A stretch of 64,000 nucleotides of DNA from a virus (IMGVR_UViG_2643221939_000004:22144-86143); one strand, 5' to 3'. Counted from the first letter of the stretch, positions 19,781 through 28,469 are shown. Numbers and translations are program-made. The notes: generated by a model not told the origin, from the sequence alone.

Positions 19781-20728
19781 ATGGCTCTGCCTTTCCCGAC
19801 CGTCTGGGCGGTCAACGGACCCGTGCGCGATCCAACCAGTCCTGAAGTCGATCAGGGATTCCCATGCGGTGAAGCCGATCGAGCGCTTTTCAACCGGCTG
19901 TTCCAAGACGTTCAGCAGGCAATTAATGCGATCGGCCTACGCAACGGTGATGCGGACATCCCGGTGAATGGGTTCCAGGCCTCGCCGCCTTCCTCCCCGG
20001 AGGTCGGGGACCGCTATATCGTGGCGTCCTCCCCAACGGGCGCATGGGCCGGGCAGTCAGCTAATATTGCAGCATGGGCAGGCTCGGCATGGGCCTTCAT
20101 CAGCCCGCCCCGCGGCCTTATCGTCAATCATTGGAACGGCGCGCGCCTTGTCGTCCTTCGCTATGACGGCACAACTTGGGCCGAGTGGATGGCAAGCGAC
20201 ACGGCCTCAGGCCCTGTCGAACTCGCCACGCAGGCCGAAGTCGACGCAGGCATTGACGCCACGCGTGTGATTACGCCCGCGACCCAAGCCAAGGCAAAGT
20301 CGAGCTACATGGCCGCTCGTGCCGCCCCCGGGGTTGGCGGCACCACCGCCACCGTTTCCGCCACTTACACCAACCTCTCGGGCTTCGGTGTGACGTCCAC
20401 GTTCTTTAAGGGCGGGTCAACCTTCGCCGCGGGTGTCCTGACAATTGGCGCCGGCGATGAGGGTCTCTGGCTTTTGACACTCAGCCTCCGCGAGGATGGC
20501 TTGTCTACCTCCGGCCAAGCTGTTCGCATCACACTCAACAACGTGACGCTGGCAAGCGATGGCGGCCAGACGCCCGACAACTCCGCCATCGGGCACAGTG
20601 GTACGGCTGTCGGTGTCGCTCTAAGCGTGGGCGACGTGATCCGGTTTCAGGTTATCCAGAGTCTGGGTACAACTAAAACCTTCGACGAATATTCGCTCTC
20701 AGCCGTCCGGATCGGCGGGGCCTCGTGA
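19781..20728 (+). CDS. Tail fibre protein (DUF2793-like domain)
   Basis: PP.SP..GDRYIV...PTGAWAG; G.VELATQAE fibre motif. Confidence 0.8.
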   Translation: MALPFPTVWAVNGPVRDPTSPEVDQGFPCGEADRALFNRLFQDVQQAINAIGLRNGDADIPVNGFQASPPSSPEVGDRYIVASSPTGAWAGQSANIAAWAGSAWAFISPPRGLIVNHWNGARLVVLRYDGTTWAEWMASDTASGPVELATQAEVDAGIDATRVITPATQAKAKSSYMAARAAPGVGGTTATVSATYTNLSGFGVTSTFFKGGSTFAAGVLTIGAGDEGLWLLTLSLREDGLSTSGQAVRITLNNVTLASDGGQTPDNSAIGHSGTAVGVALSVGDVIRFQVIQSLGTTKTFDEYSLSAVRIGGAS

Positions 20729-21300
20729 TGGAGACGTCGATGCGTATTGATCTGTCCCTTGAGGAGGCGGCCGCTCTCGTTGCGCTGGCTTCACCTCTAG
20801 TCGAGAGTACATTTTTTGACGGCGACGGTCTCGTCTTTGCGGATGAGGCGGAGTTCCAGCGGGTTTCGAACTTGCACGCCAACCCCGTTGAAGCGAGTGA
20901 GAGAGCTTTCGGTTCGGCAAAGCGCGCCAAATCCGCTGCAGTAAATGCCAAGCGCGAGGCGATCATCGCAGCCGGCTATCATCACAACTTTGGAGGCACG
21001 ATTGGCACGCGAATCCTCGACCAACGCGGCCCGGAGGATGTGACTTCCTGGTTGGCGCTCAAGCTCATGGCGCAGGATCTGAATTCGTCGGATCAAGGCG
21101 ACACCCTTCTGCCCATTCGGGACGCGAACAACTCGACCTTCTCAGCAAAGTCGACGGCTGTAGAGGCTTCCATGAGCGATATGGGCTCGTGGCGGGCTCG
21201 CATCCTTGCTCGGTCCTGGGTGCTGAAGGACGAGATCACGGCGGCGGCCGATCAGGCAGCGCTTGATGCCATCGACATCAACGACGGTTGGCCGGAGTGA
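20725..21300 (+). CDS. Tail fibre assembly-like protein (DUF4376-like)
   Basis: IRDA.N...LKD.I.AA.D...LDAID...GWP C-terminus. Confidence 0.7.
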   Translation: MMETSMRIDLSLEEAAALVALASPLVESTFFDGDGLVFADEAEFQRVSNLHANPVEASERAFGSAKRAKSAAVNAKREAIIAAGYHHNFGGTIGTRILDQRGPEDVTSWLALKLMAQDLNSSDQGDTLLPIRDANNSTFSAKSTAVEASMSDMGSWRARILARSWVLKDEITAAADQAALDAIDINDGWPE

Positions 21301-21304
21301 GGCG

Positions 21305-21976
21305 ATGGAGAAGGATCGAACGGGGCCCGTAGTCGGCAAGCTGCGGCAGCGCGTCCAGGCGTTGGAGGAGAAGCCGGCAGATCAGACGAGCATCGCGACT
21401 GAAGCAAGGACCAGGGCGGACGCCGACATAGCGCTTGCCGACAGCATTGGGGCCGAGACCCGAGCCCGCACGGATGCGGATACGTCGGAGGCGGGCGCGC
21501 GATCGGCGGCTGACAAAGCGAACGGCGATGCCATTTCTGCCGAGGTGAAGGCCAGAGGCGACGCCATCACGGCCGAAGCTTCGGCCCGCGTAGCCGGTGA
21601 CAAGACGAATGCTGATGCCCTGACAGCCGAGGCAAAGTCCCGGTCGGACGCGGATGCTTCCGAAGCCAAGGCTCGAGGGGATGCAGACGCGGCGATGCAG
21701 GCTCGCATTGTCACCCTCACCGGAGCGCTCGTTCTTCCTGCCGGCCTCTCGATCGCCGTCGGCAAGACCGAGCGCAAAGTCGTCGTGCCAGGCCTGAAGA
21801 AGGGCGATGTCGTCGCCATCACACCTGACAAAGCACTGCCCGGCGGCATGTCGCTGGGCGACGCCTATTGCCTCGTGGATGGTGAGTTGACGCTGGCAAC
21901 GCTCTTCACCGCGCTTCTCGGCCTTTCCCTGTCGGCCGCGACCACGATCACGCTGAGCATCAAAGCGATCCGTTGA
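21305..21976 (+). CDS. Coiled-coil repeat protein (possible fibre/whisker)
   Basis: Repeated AE...R..AD units. Confidence 0.65.
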   Translation: MEKDRTGPVVGKLRQRVQALEEKPADQTSIATEARTRADADIALADSIGAETRARTDADTSEAGARSAADKANGDAISAEVKARGDAITAEASARVAGDKTNADALTAEAKSRSDADASEAKARGDADAAMQARIVTLTGALVLPAGLSIAVGKTERKVVVPGLKKGDVVAITPDKALPGGMSLGDAYCLVDGELTLATLFTALLGLSLSAATTITLSIKAIR

Positions 21977-22015
21977 TCCCGCGCTAATCCACAGCCTTTT
22001 CCACCGCTCATCCCC

Positions 22016-22046
22016 AGCCCGGCCGCCAGCGCGAGCCGGGCTTTTT
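22016..22046 (+). terminator. Intrinsic terminator before the lysis module
   Basis: AGCCCGGC/GCCGGGCT stem plus TTTT. Confidence 0.7.
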
Positions 22047-22065
22047 CGTGCCCGGAGATCCTCGC

Positions 22066-23142
22066 ATGTTCACTCTCGACCAGCGGCGTGAGGTCGGCGC
22101 CGCCGCGCGCGCATTCAATCTGCCCGAAGCGCACGTCCTCGCCGTCACCGAGGTCGAGAGCGCCGGCGTCATCTTCGCCACGGTGAAGGGCGAGCAGCGC
22201 CCGCTGATCCTCTTCGAGCCGCATATCTTCTATCGCCGACTGAAGGGGGCCGAGCGTGAGGAGGCGGTCGCGCTGAAGCTCGCGTCGGAACGCTGGGACA
22301 AGACGCTCTACCCCGCCGGACAGCCGGCGCGCTGGGCGCAGCTGGAGCGCGCGGCCGAGATCAACCGTCAAGCTGCCTATGAAAGCGCGTCCTACGGCGT
22401 TGGCCAGGTCATGGGCTTCCACTGGAAGGCGCTCGGCTATGCCAGCGTGTTCGAGCTCGTCGATCGCGCGCGATCCGGGCTTGGCGGACAGGTCGAGCTG
22501 ATGCTGCGCTTCGTCCAGCAGAACAACCTGACCGACGAGCTGGCGACCGGGCAGTGGGCGCCCTTCGCCCGCGGCTACAACGGCGCCAGCTACAAGGCCA
22601 ACCGCTACGACGAGAAGATGGCGGCTGCCGCGGCGAAGTTCGGCGGCCTGACCTCGGAGCCAAACGGACTCCTGCGCATGGGCTCGAAGGGGCGCCGCGT
22701 GCGCGAACTGCAGGCGCTCCTCATCCGCGCCGGCTATACTGTGAAGGAGGATGGCGACTTCGGCACGACCACGAAGGCGGCCCTCGTCGCGTTCCAGACA
22801 GCGCGCGGCCTGACACCGGATGGCATCTACGGCCCGCAGACGGAGAGCGCGCTGGGCGAGCTTCGGCAGGCGTCCGACGATCGCCCGGGCAAGCAGGCGC
22901 TGACGAAGCTGGTCGACGTCCAGAAGGGCGTAGGCGGGGGCTTGGGCGCGGGCGTGACGATTGCCGGGGCGAAGGAGGTCCTGCAGGACGCCTCCTATCA
23001 GGTGGCAAGCCTGGGCGTCTCCTTGCGCATCCTCGACTATGTCCAGACCGGCCTGACGATCGCGATCACGGGGTGCGCCATCGCCGGGCTCGGCTATGCC
23101 GCCGCCGGCTGGTGGAAGTCGAAGCAGACGGTGGAGGCATGA
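22066..23142 (+). CDS. Endolysin: N-acetylmuramidase (DUF3380) + PG-binding domain + C-terminal hydrophobic segments
   Basis: EVESAG, ILFEPHIF, S.G.GQVMG, FARGYNG; DGDFG..T..A...FQ...GL..DGI.GP.T. Confidence 0.9.
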   Translation: MFTLDQRREVGAAARAFNLPEAHVLAVTEVESAGVIFATVKGEQRPLILFEPHIFYRRLKGAEREEAVALKLASERWDKTLYPAGQPARWAQLERAAEINRQAAYESASYGVGQVMGFHWKALGYASVFELVDRARSGLGGQVELMLRFVQQNNLTDELATGQWAPFARGYNGASYKANRYDEKMAAAAAKFGGLTSEPNGLLRMGSKGRRVRELQALLIRAGYTVKEDGDFGTTTKAALVAFQTARGLTPDGIYGPQTESALGELRQASDDRPGKQALTKLVDVQKGVGGGLGAGVTIAGAKEVLQDASYQVASLGVSLRILDYVQTGLTIAITGCAIAGLGYAAAGWWKSKQTVEA

Positions 23143-23381
23143 ACGGGCTCGCTCTGCGGATCGCGCTCGTCGCAGCGGGGCTCATCTGCCTCGTGCTTTT
23201 CGCCACCTATATCGTCGGGCTGATCCGCGAGGATGGTTCGCGCGACACTCTCACCACCATCGAAAAGCTCAACACGGAGGCCGGCAATGCTGGTGAGAAT
23301 GCTAGGCTTGGCCGTCGCGAGTGCGTTGCTCGCGGGATGCGCTTCGACTTTGAAGCCGGCAAGTGTCTCGGCCACCCCTGA
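23139..23381 (+). CDS. Inner-membrane spanin (Rz-like)
   Basis: N-terminal TM helix after the endolysin; overlaps a lipoprotein gene. Confidence 0.6.
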   Translation: MNGLALRIALVAAGLICLVLFATYIVGLIREDGSRDTLTTIEKLNTEAGNAGENARLGRRECVARGMRFDFEAGKCLGHP

Positions 23382-23583
23382 CCTGCGACGCGCGCTCGGC
23401 ACGGCGCTGCCCGGCGCTCGCGGTCGCACTGAGGAAGACCAGGAGGCGATCGACGACACCGTCGCGGGAGGCTGCGCAATCGGCCTCTACCTGCCTGCCG
23501 AATGCCGGCGACACAACATGACCTCCATCGCTCGCACAGCAATGGAGGAGCAAGGAAGGAAACGCCTTGATGCCGGGAACTGA
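23287..23583 (+). CDS. Outer-membrane lipoprotein spanin (Rz1-like)
   Basis: Lipobox LLAGC; overlaps the Rz-like gene. Confidence 0.65.
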   Translation: MLVRMLGLAVASALLAGCASTLKPASVSATPDLRRALGTALPGARGRTEEDQEAIDDTVAGGCAIGLYLPAECRRHNMTSIARTAMEEQGRKRLDAGN

Positions 23584-23866
23584 CGACAGCGTGGAGCGCC
23601 TGCGCAAGGACCACACGCAGCTCGCCGCGACGATCTCGGTGCTGACGACGGAGGTCGGTGGCATCAAGACCGAGAAGGCGATCGAGAAGGCCGTCGGCGT
23701 CGAGCGCGAGAAGAACCTCGACGAGCGGCTGGAGCGGATCGAGAAGAGCCTCGAAGGCCTTTACGGGCTCGGAAAATGGATGCTGCTCGCCTTCTTCGGC
23801 ACGCTCATCGCCGCGGTCGTCACCTTCATGGTCAAAGGAGGATTCAATGTCCCCCCGACCCCTTAG
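23570..23866 (+). CDS. Holin-like coiled-coil + TM protein
   Basis: Coiled coil then one TM helix, within the lysis module. Confidence 0.55.
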   Translation: MPGTDDSVERLRKDHTQLAATISVLTTEVGGIKTEKAIEKAVGVEREKNLDERLERIEKSLEGLYGLGKWMLLAFFGTLIAAVVTFMVKGGFNVPPTP

Positions 23867-24296
23867 CTGGATCGGACCGCTGAAAGTGCTGCTTGGCACG
23901 ATCGCCGTCCTCTGTGGTCTCTACGTCTTCTTCCTCGTCGGACCCGCCCTTGAAACGCGGTTCTTCCCAGTGCTTGGCAAGATGCGCTTCACGGAAGTGC
24001 TGGCGCAGACGAAGGACGCTTCGATCGTTCGGACGGAATTCGAGAAGCTGCGGTCCTGCGAGTACATGGGCATTGCCTGGTACTATGGAGCCGAGGCCGG
24101 AGTGTTTGAGCGCGTGTCCATGGTGCCAATCCGCGATCCGAACGACACGTCTAGTCCAAGCCGTCCGGTGGGAATTGCCCGCGCTGGGCCGTGGCGGATC
24201 ACGATCCCGGCGGCGGACGTCCGCACGAAAAGCTTCGTCGAGGCGTTCCACCGATGCCACCCGTTCTGGACGACGGTCTCCAAGTTCTACCCGTGA
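23847..24296 (+). CDS. Membrane-anchored hypothetical protein
   Basis: AGGAGG RBS; N-terminal TM; Cys pair. Confidence 0.7.
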   Translation: MSPRPLSWIGPLKVLLGTIAVLCGLYVFFLVGPALETRFFPVLGKMRFTEVLAQTKDASIVRTEFEKLRSCEYMGIAWYYGAEAGVFERVSMVPIRDPNDTSSPSRPVGIARAGPWRITIPAADVRTKSFVEAFHRCHPFWTTVSKFYP

Positions 24297-24396
24297 TGTT
24301 GCAAGGCTCCCATGCAACCAGTGGAATAGCTCGACGCAAGCCGTCTGAGATATTCCTAGGCTGCATTGTTTCCTCCCAGACTCATGCATCAATTGG

Positions 24397-24429
24397 CCCG
24401 CCCGGTTCGTCCGAGGCGGGTTTCTTTTT
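24397..24429 (+). terminator. Terminator ending the late operon
   Basis: CCCGCC/GGCGGG stem plus TTTCTTTTT. Confidence 0.7.
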
Positions 24430-24433
24430 GCGT

Positions 24434-24619
24434 TCAGCCGCCGGTGTCTTTTGGGGCGCCGGCGGCTTTCGTCGTTTCGGGCTTCGGAATGAACAGCTCG
24501 CGCGGATCGGCCTGGAGCAGCCGCAATAGCTCGGCCTTGCCGGCGAGGGGAATGCGCCGATCGTTCACGGCCCTACCGACCACTGCTGTCTCGTCTGGCT
24601 GTCGTATTGTAAGCCGCAT
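24434..24619 (-). CDS. Small hypothetical protein
   Basis: ORF continuing the leftward block. Confidence 0.4.
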   Translation of the reverse strand: MRLTIRQPDETAVVGRAVNDRRIPLAGKAELLRLLQADPRELFIPKPETTKAAGAPKDTGG

Positions 24620-24837
24620 GGATCACCATATTGGCCGGCGCCGTGTCGTTGACAGCCCTCGGCCGCGGCAAGGCGCTTGATCAGGTGCGGCAAGCACTGA
24701 TGGTCGAAGCTCGTCAGCCTCGCCATGAGTTTCAGCCTGTCGTAGCTGCGGGTCATTCCACATTTGGCGCATTCGACACCAACGCGCGGGATCGTCAGGT
24801 CGCAGAGGTAGCGGGAGGAGTAGGCGCGCTCAGGCAT
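24565..24837 (-). CDS. Small Cys-rich putative Zn-binding protein
   Basis: V.CAKCG..R.Y ... GC ... DPCGL.Y pattern. Confidence 0.65.
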   Translation of the reverse strand: MPERAYSSRYLCDLTIPRVGVECAKCGMTRSYDRLKLMARLTSFDHQCLPHLIKRLAAAEGCQRHGAGQYGDPCGLQYDSQTRQQWSVGP

Positions 24838-25267
24838 TCCGCAGCATGAGCGTCGCCCGCGCGTACTTGTCCAGCCTGCGCTCATCGGCCTCTGAAACAT
24901 GCGTCAGCCGCGTCCGGTCGGAGTTATCCGCGAGGTCCGCCAGCTTCACTTGCCGTGCTATGGTGTTCGCTCGCGCCCGCAGGATCGCCGAGAAGTAGTC
25001 CTCGCCTCGTCGTTTCGTCATGGCGTCCACGGCTTCAATGATGTCCTCGCCAAACCCTTCAGCGCGAAGCCTGTCCAATGTCCAGGCGGAGCAGTCCTCT
25101 ACGACATCGTGAAGCAGGGCGACGATCTTGGCGGGCGCGTCCTCGACGGCCGCCGCCACTCGACGAGGATGGTCGATGTACGGGGCGCCGCCCTTGTCCA
25201 CCTGACCGGCGTGCGCCTCGGCTGCAATTTCGTCGGCTCGGGTCAGCATCTTCGCCCTCTCCATCAT
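24830..25267 (-). CDS. HD-domain protein, small alarmone hydrolase (Mesh1/SpoT-HD)-like
   Basis: AH.GQ.DK.G.PYI.HP, ALLHDVVED, VKLAD..DN motifs; start may be 25249. Confidence 0.85.
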   Translation of the reverse strand: MMERAKMLTRADEIAAEAHAGQVDKGGAPYIDHPRRVAAAVEDAPAKIVALLHDVVEDCSAWTLDRLRAEGFGEDIIEAVDAMTKRRGEDYFSAILRARANTIARQVKLADLADNSDRTRLTHVSEADERRLDKYARATLMLRNA

Positions 25268-25334
25268 CTCCAGCGCGTCTCGTCTCAATCCTTTCCGCTA
25301 TCTTGGCATGAGGGAGGAGGGGCGGGAAGCGGGG

Positions 25335-25880
25335 TCAGGCCGCAATCCGACGATCCGTCGTGACGCGGTCCCGCAGCTGCGCTCTGGCGACTTCGCTACT
25401 AGCCCAGCCCCAAATCTTCATCTTGCGGCTCGGCCGTCCGGTTCTGGCATCGGTTCCACCGCCACCACCTTTGCCTAGGATCTGCCAGCCGTCGAAGCGA
25501 TAGAGGTCGCCAGAGTGCAAGGCTTCGTCCTGATACGAGACTGCTACCGTCCGCCCGTGCATTAAAGCGATCGGTGGGAACACAAACTCCCGCCATAGGC
25601 GGAGCATCGGGCGACAAAGGTCAGGACGCGACGCGCACAGCCTAACAAGCTCTACGGCTTCGTCGCGCCGGATACCAGTTTGGCCCACGACTTCACGCGC
25701 TGTCTCTCCCGCAGCTGTAACCGCTACGGGTTCGCCATGTGAGAACAGGGCGTGGTGGGCTTCAAAGGTGTAGGTCGGCCGCGAGTAGACGCCCATGCGG
25801 TGGCCCCATGCGACCAAAAGCCGGTTGAGTTCGCGTCGGTCAATCGTTTCGAGATGCGCGATTGGCGGTAGGAAGTCCAT
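25335..25880 (-). CDS. Mom-like GNAT-fold DNA modification protein
   Basis: H, VELVRLC, VSYQD..LHSGDLYRFDGW resemble the Mom family EL.R / SYAD...H.G.IY...W motifs. Confidence 0.6.
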   Translation of the reverse strand: MDFLPPIAHLETIDRRELNRLLVAWGHRMGVYSRPTYTFEAHHALFSHGEPVAVTAAGETAREVVGQTGIRRDEAVELVRLCASRPDLCRPMLRLWREFVFPPIALMHGRTVAVSYQDEALHSGDLYRFDGWQILGKGGGGGTDARTGRPSRKMKIWGWASSEVARAQLRDRVTTDRRIAA

Positions 25881-25883
25881 CTC

Positions 25884-26288
25884 TCAGCTCCCCTGCGGAT
25901 GCACGGGAGAGGCGGACAGAATGGCGTCGATGGCAGCAATCGCCTTATCCTGCGGCGTCCTGCCATCGCCGGGGTACGTCGTAACATTGTAGCTCGTGCG
26001 CAAAGCCTCGCGTGCCATCTCCAAAGCGGCCGTCACATTTGGCTCGACCCACCCTGCGGCTTGCTGAAGCAGCGTCGCAGCCTTGAGCATGAGGTCTCCG
26101 TTCGTCGGGTTGTCGTCGGGATGATCCACATGCCGCGCCTGATGGCGAAGATCGCTGATTAGGTTCTCAATCTCGGTCGGCTTGCGAGGGTGGAGGGAGC
26201 ACCGCCACGGCTCGTCATGAGCCGCCGCGAAGCAGACGCCAGCCTCCTCGCATCCCACGCCCATGTCGCAATGCTTGTCCGCGCTCAC
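25884..26288 (-). CDS. Hypothetical phage protein
   Basis: GGGAG RBS, GTG start; coupled to the Mom-like gene. Confidence 0.6.
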   Translation of the reverse strand: MSADKHCDMGVGCEEAGVCFAAAHDEPWRCSLHPRKPTEIENLISDLRHQARHVDHPDDNPTNGDLMLKAATLLQQAAGWVEPNVTAALEMAREALRTSYNVTTYPGDGRTPQDKAIAAIDAILSASPVHPQGS

Positions 26289-26336
26289 TTCGCTTCTCCC
26301 AACGAGAGAGGGGAGGCGGGAAGGGCGAAGAGCGAT

Positions 26337-26378
26337 CGTGGTAAACCCGTGGTAAACCCGGCTCCACGGTCTACCACG
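26337..26378. repeat. CGTGGTA(A/G)ACC repeats, putative integrase arm sites of prophage 1
   Basis: Direct copies at 26337-26347 and 26348-26358; inverted copy at 26368-26378. Confidence 0.55.
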
Positions 26379-26464
26379 GTACGCCGTTCGTTCTCACGCG
26401 CCTCCGAAGCCCTTTCGCCCTGCTTGCGCTCAAACCCCTTGTGCGCTAGGGCTTCGTCGTGAGC

Positions 26465-26539
26465 GCGGGCGTAGTTCAGCGGTAGAACGCCAGCTTCCCA
26501 AGCTGGATGTCGTGGGTTCGATCCCCATCGCCCGCTCCA
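26465..26539 (+). tRNA. tRNA-Gly(CCC)
   Basis: Full cloverleaf: GCGGGCG/CGCCCGC acceptor, CCAGC-TTCCCAA-GCTGG anticodon arm, TTCGA loop, encoded CCA. Confidence 0.97.
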
Positions 26540-26540
26540 A
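26492..26540 (+). repeat. attL core of prophage 2 (49 bp)
   Basis: Identical to 63126-63174. Confidence 0.95.
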
Positions 26541-26586
26541 CGATTTCATAACGTTAGATCTGAATTGATTCCTGCCCCATCATGGT

Positions 26587-26606
26587 TTGGACGGGTATTG
26601 GACGGA
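26587..26606. repeat. TTGGACGG integrase arm-type sites (left)
   Basis: Two copies; the same motif occurs three times at 62982-63010. Confidence 0.75.
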
Positions 26607-26638
26607 TAGGGCAGGACGAGAGCGAACGTCGATGAACA

Positions 26639-26842
26639 TCAGGCCGCTGATTGACGGTCGATGTAGCGCTGAATTTCCGCTTCTCTCCAGCGCTTCATTC
26701 GCATTCCGAACGTGATGGGCTTCGGGAACGCGGTCGTTCTCTCCAGCTTCCAGAGGGTGGTTCGGCCGACCTTCATCAGCTCGCAGACTTCTGTCGTCGA
26801 TAGCAGCGCGCCGGCCTGGACGGGTTTGGACGCCTCGGTCAC
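26639..26842 (-). CDS. Excisionase / AlpA-family HTH
   Basis: LLS..EVC.L..VGRTTLW......FPKP...G....RW...EI motif, adjacent to attL. Confidence 0.85.
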   Translation of the reverse strand: MTEASKPVQAGALLSTTEVCELMKVGRTTLWKLERTTAFPKPITFGMRMKRWREAEIQRYIDRQSAA

Positions 26843-27030
26843 TTCGTCTGTTCCTTCTCATGTCGGAGCAGCGCGAAGCGCAGCTCGTCCGCCTTCCGAA
26901 TCGTTTCTCTGGAAATCAGTCCGCCGTTGCCGCCTCGGCCGGCGATGCCGCTGTCGTCGAAGGTGATGGCGGCGACGAGATCCTGCGCCGCGTCGATCAG
27001 CTCGTGTCTGACGGGGGAGGGGTTTGTCAC
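26839..27030 (-). CDS. Hypothetical early protein
   Basis: GGAGG RBS, GTG start, coupled. Confidence 0.65.
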   Translation of the reverse strand: MTNPSPVRHELIDAAQDLVAAITFDDSGIAGRGGNGGLISRETIRKADELRFALLRHEKEQTK

Positions 27031-27236
27031 GGGTATTCCTCCAAGGCTTCCCGCACCTCGGCGACCGTCATGTCGCCCTCCACCTCGCCGAGAAACCGCA
27101 TGATCCGGTCGCGGTGTTCGTTGTGCTCGCGCTTCGTCGGTCCGCCGATCTGCCGCGCGGCGCTGGGTTTCCTCCCGCTTGGCGTGGTCGCCTCCAGGGC
27201 CTCCCAGACATCGGGCCACTCTCGAACGCCGCTCAC
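27027..27236 (-). CDS. Hypothetical early protein
   Basis: GGAGG RBS, GTG start, coupled. Confidence 0.6.
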   Translation of the reverse strand: MSGVREWPDVWEALEATTPSGRKPSAARQIGGPTKREHNEHRDRIMRFLGEVEGDMTVAEVREALEEYP

Positions 27237-27829
27237 ACCCGATCCTCCGGGTGGCCCGGCACGATGCGCGGAGGTGTCGCGGGGGCCGGGGCGAGGCCGG
27301 CCGGATCGCGAAAGCGGCCCGCCTTGGCCGGGTCGGGGGCGTAGACCTTCCCGTCCATGCCGTGCCACGTCAGGCGGCCGGCGTGATGGTCGAGCAGATC
27401 CGTGTCGATCGCAGACAGGCTGCCATCCATGAACGCCGGCAGCAGCTCGGGCCGATCGGCGAGGAAAGAGACGATCTGGCCGGCGGTCTCCAGCGAGCCG
27501 ACGCCGGCCTGCCATGCGATGTTCTCGGCATAAGCGACAATCTGCGCGATGGTCACTTGTGCGGCCGGCCCGAGCCAACTCCGCAGCATCGCATTCGCCG
27601 CCCGAAGCGCCTCGACCTCCTCGGTTTCCGGCTCGGCCGCCTGCCGTTCGCGGAGGCTCCCGACGATCTCGGTCGCCATTGCGAGGTAGCCGTCAGGCTC
27701 GGGGAAGCTGCCGCCGTCCTCAGCAACCCAATGGGCTCGGATGTGGCGGGTAACGATTTCCTGCACCGTCGATATCGCGCCGACATCAGAGCGTGACGTG
27801 GTTCCGAATGCTGGATCAGACGAGGTCAT
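27233..27829 (-). CDS. Hypothetical early protein
   Basis: ATGA coupling in the leftward operon. Confidence 0.65.
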   Translation of the reverse strand: MTSSDPAFGTTSRSDVGAISTVQEIVTRHIRAHWVAEDGGSFPEPDGYLAMATEIVGSLRERQAAEPETEEVEALRAANAMLRSWLGPAAQVTIAQIVAYAENIAWQAGVGSLETAGQIVSFLADRPELLPAFMDGSLSAIDTDLLDHHAGRLTWHGMDGKVYAPDPAKAGRFRDPAGLAPAPATPPRIVPGHPEDRV

Positions 27830-28335
27830 GGCTTCATGCCCTCCATGTTGCGCGTGGCGGCAAACATCCAGACTTGCGCTTTTCGATCGATGTCGCGATC
27901 GAGCGCCCATTGAAGCGTCACGGCGTTGAGGCGTTCGGCGAGATCGTTCCAGTCGTCGCCCGTGACACTGTCGAAGACCGGTTCTCCGCTGTCCGGGTCG
28001 CCGTTTTCTTCGTTCCACTCTTCGAAGAGGTCGCAGAGCCCGCCGCCGTCGAAGCCTTCCAGCAGGGCCATTCCCTGACGCGCTTCTGTGATGAACGCCG
28101 CCTCGTGATCACGGGCCGCCGTTATCGCCTCCTCGCGCGTTCCAAAGCTCTCGTGGAAGCGCTCGCCGTCGCCGATCCACCACTTCCACGGCGTCGAAGC
28201 GCGAACGGCCGGCATGGCGGCGGCTGTCGTTGCAGGCGGAACGGCCAGTGCGAGTGCTTCCCCGGATGGGAGCGCGCCGACGAAGGCCATGGCCGGCACG
28301 GCGGCGCTGCGCATCAGGAATGATCGGCGGTTCAT
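27826..28335 (-). CDS. Early protein with twin-arginine-like N-terminus
   Basis: MNRRSFL + hydrophobic stretch + ALA. Confidence 0.65.
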   Translation of the reverse strand: MNRRSFLMRSAAVPAMAFVGALPSGEALALAVPPATTAAAMPAVRASTPWKWWIGDGERFHESFGTREEAITAARDHEAAFITEARQGMALLEGFDGGGLCDLFEEWNEENGDPDSGEPVFDSVTGDDWNDLAERLNAVTLQWALDRDIDRKAQVWMFAATRNMEGMKP

Positions 28336-28469
28336 GCGCAGCAACTCCAGAGGACGACGCCGGCCGGCGCCCAGACGAAGACGAGGGACAGGAGCAGGCC
28401 GAAGCCGACGCCTCGGCTCTCGGCGGACGGATCGACCAAGGTGGATGGGGAGGGCAGGCGGGGCGTCAT
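28332..28469 (-). CDS. Small membrane protein
   Basis: One TM helix; coupled. Confidence 0.5.
   Translation of the reverse strand: MTPRLPSPSTLVDPSAESRGVGFGLLLSLVFVWAPAGVVLWSCCA

Larger units (their letters stand above)
1..26460 (+). mobile_element. Prophage 1 (contractile-tail, myovirus-like), left part outside window
   Basis: Contiguous portal, head, neck, sheath, tube, TMP, baseplate, fibre and lysis genes, ending just upstream of tRNA-Gly; right boundary approximate. Confidence 0.9.

Noticed and set aside
21380-21700. Repeat array or CRISPR-like periodicity
   Set aside because: Protein-level coiled-coil repeats with degenerate DNA; no identical repeats with spacers and no cas genes
25310-26323. 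Purine-rich GAGG..GGCGGGAAG motif at about 25310-25330 and 26308-26323
   Set aside because: Short and low-complexity with only two copies; cannot be told apart from chance
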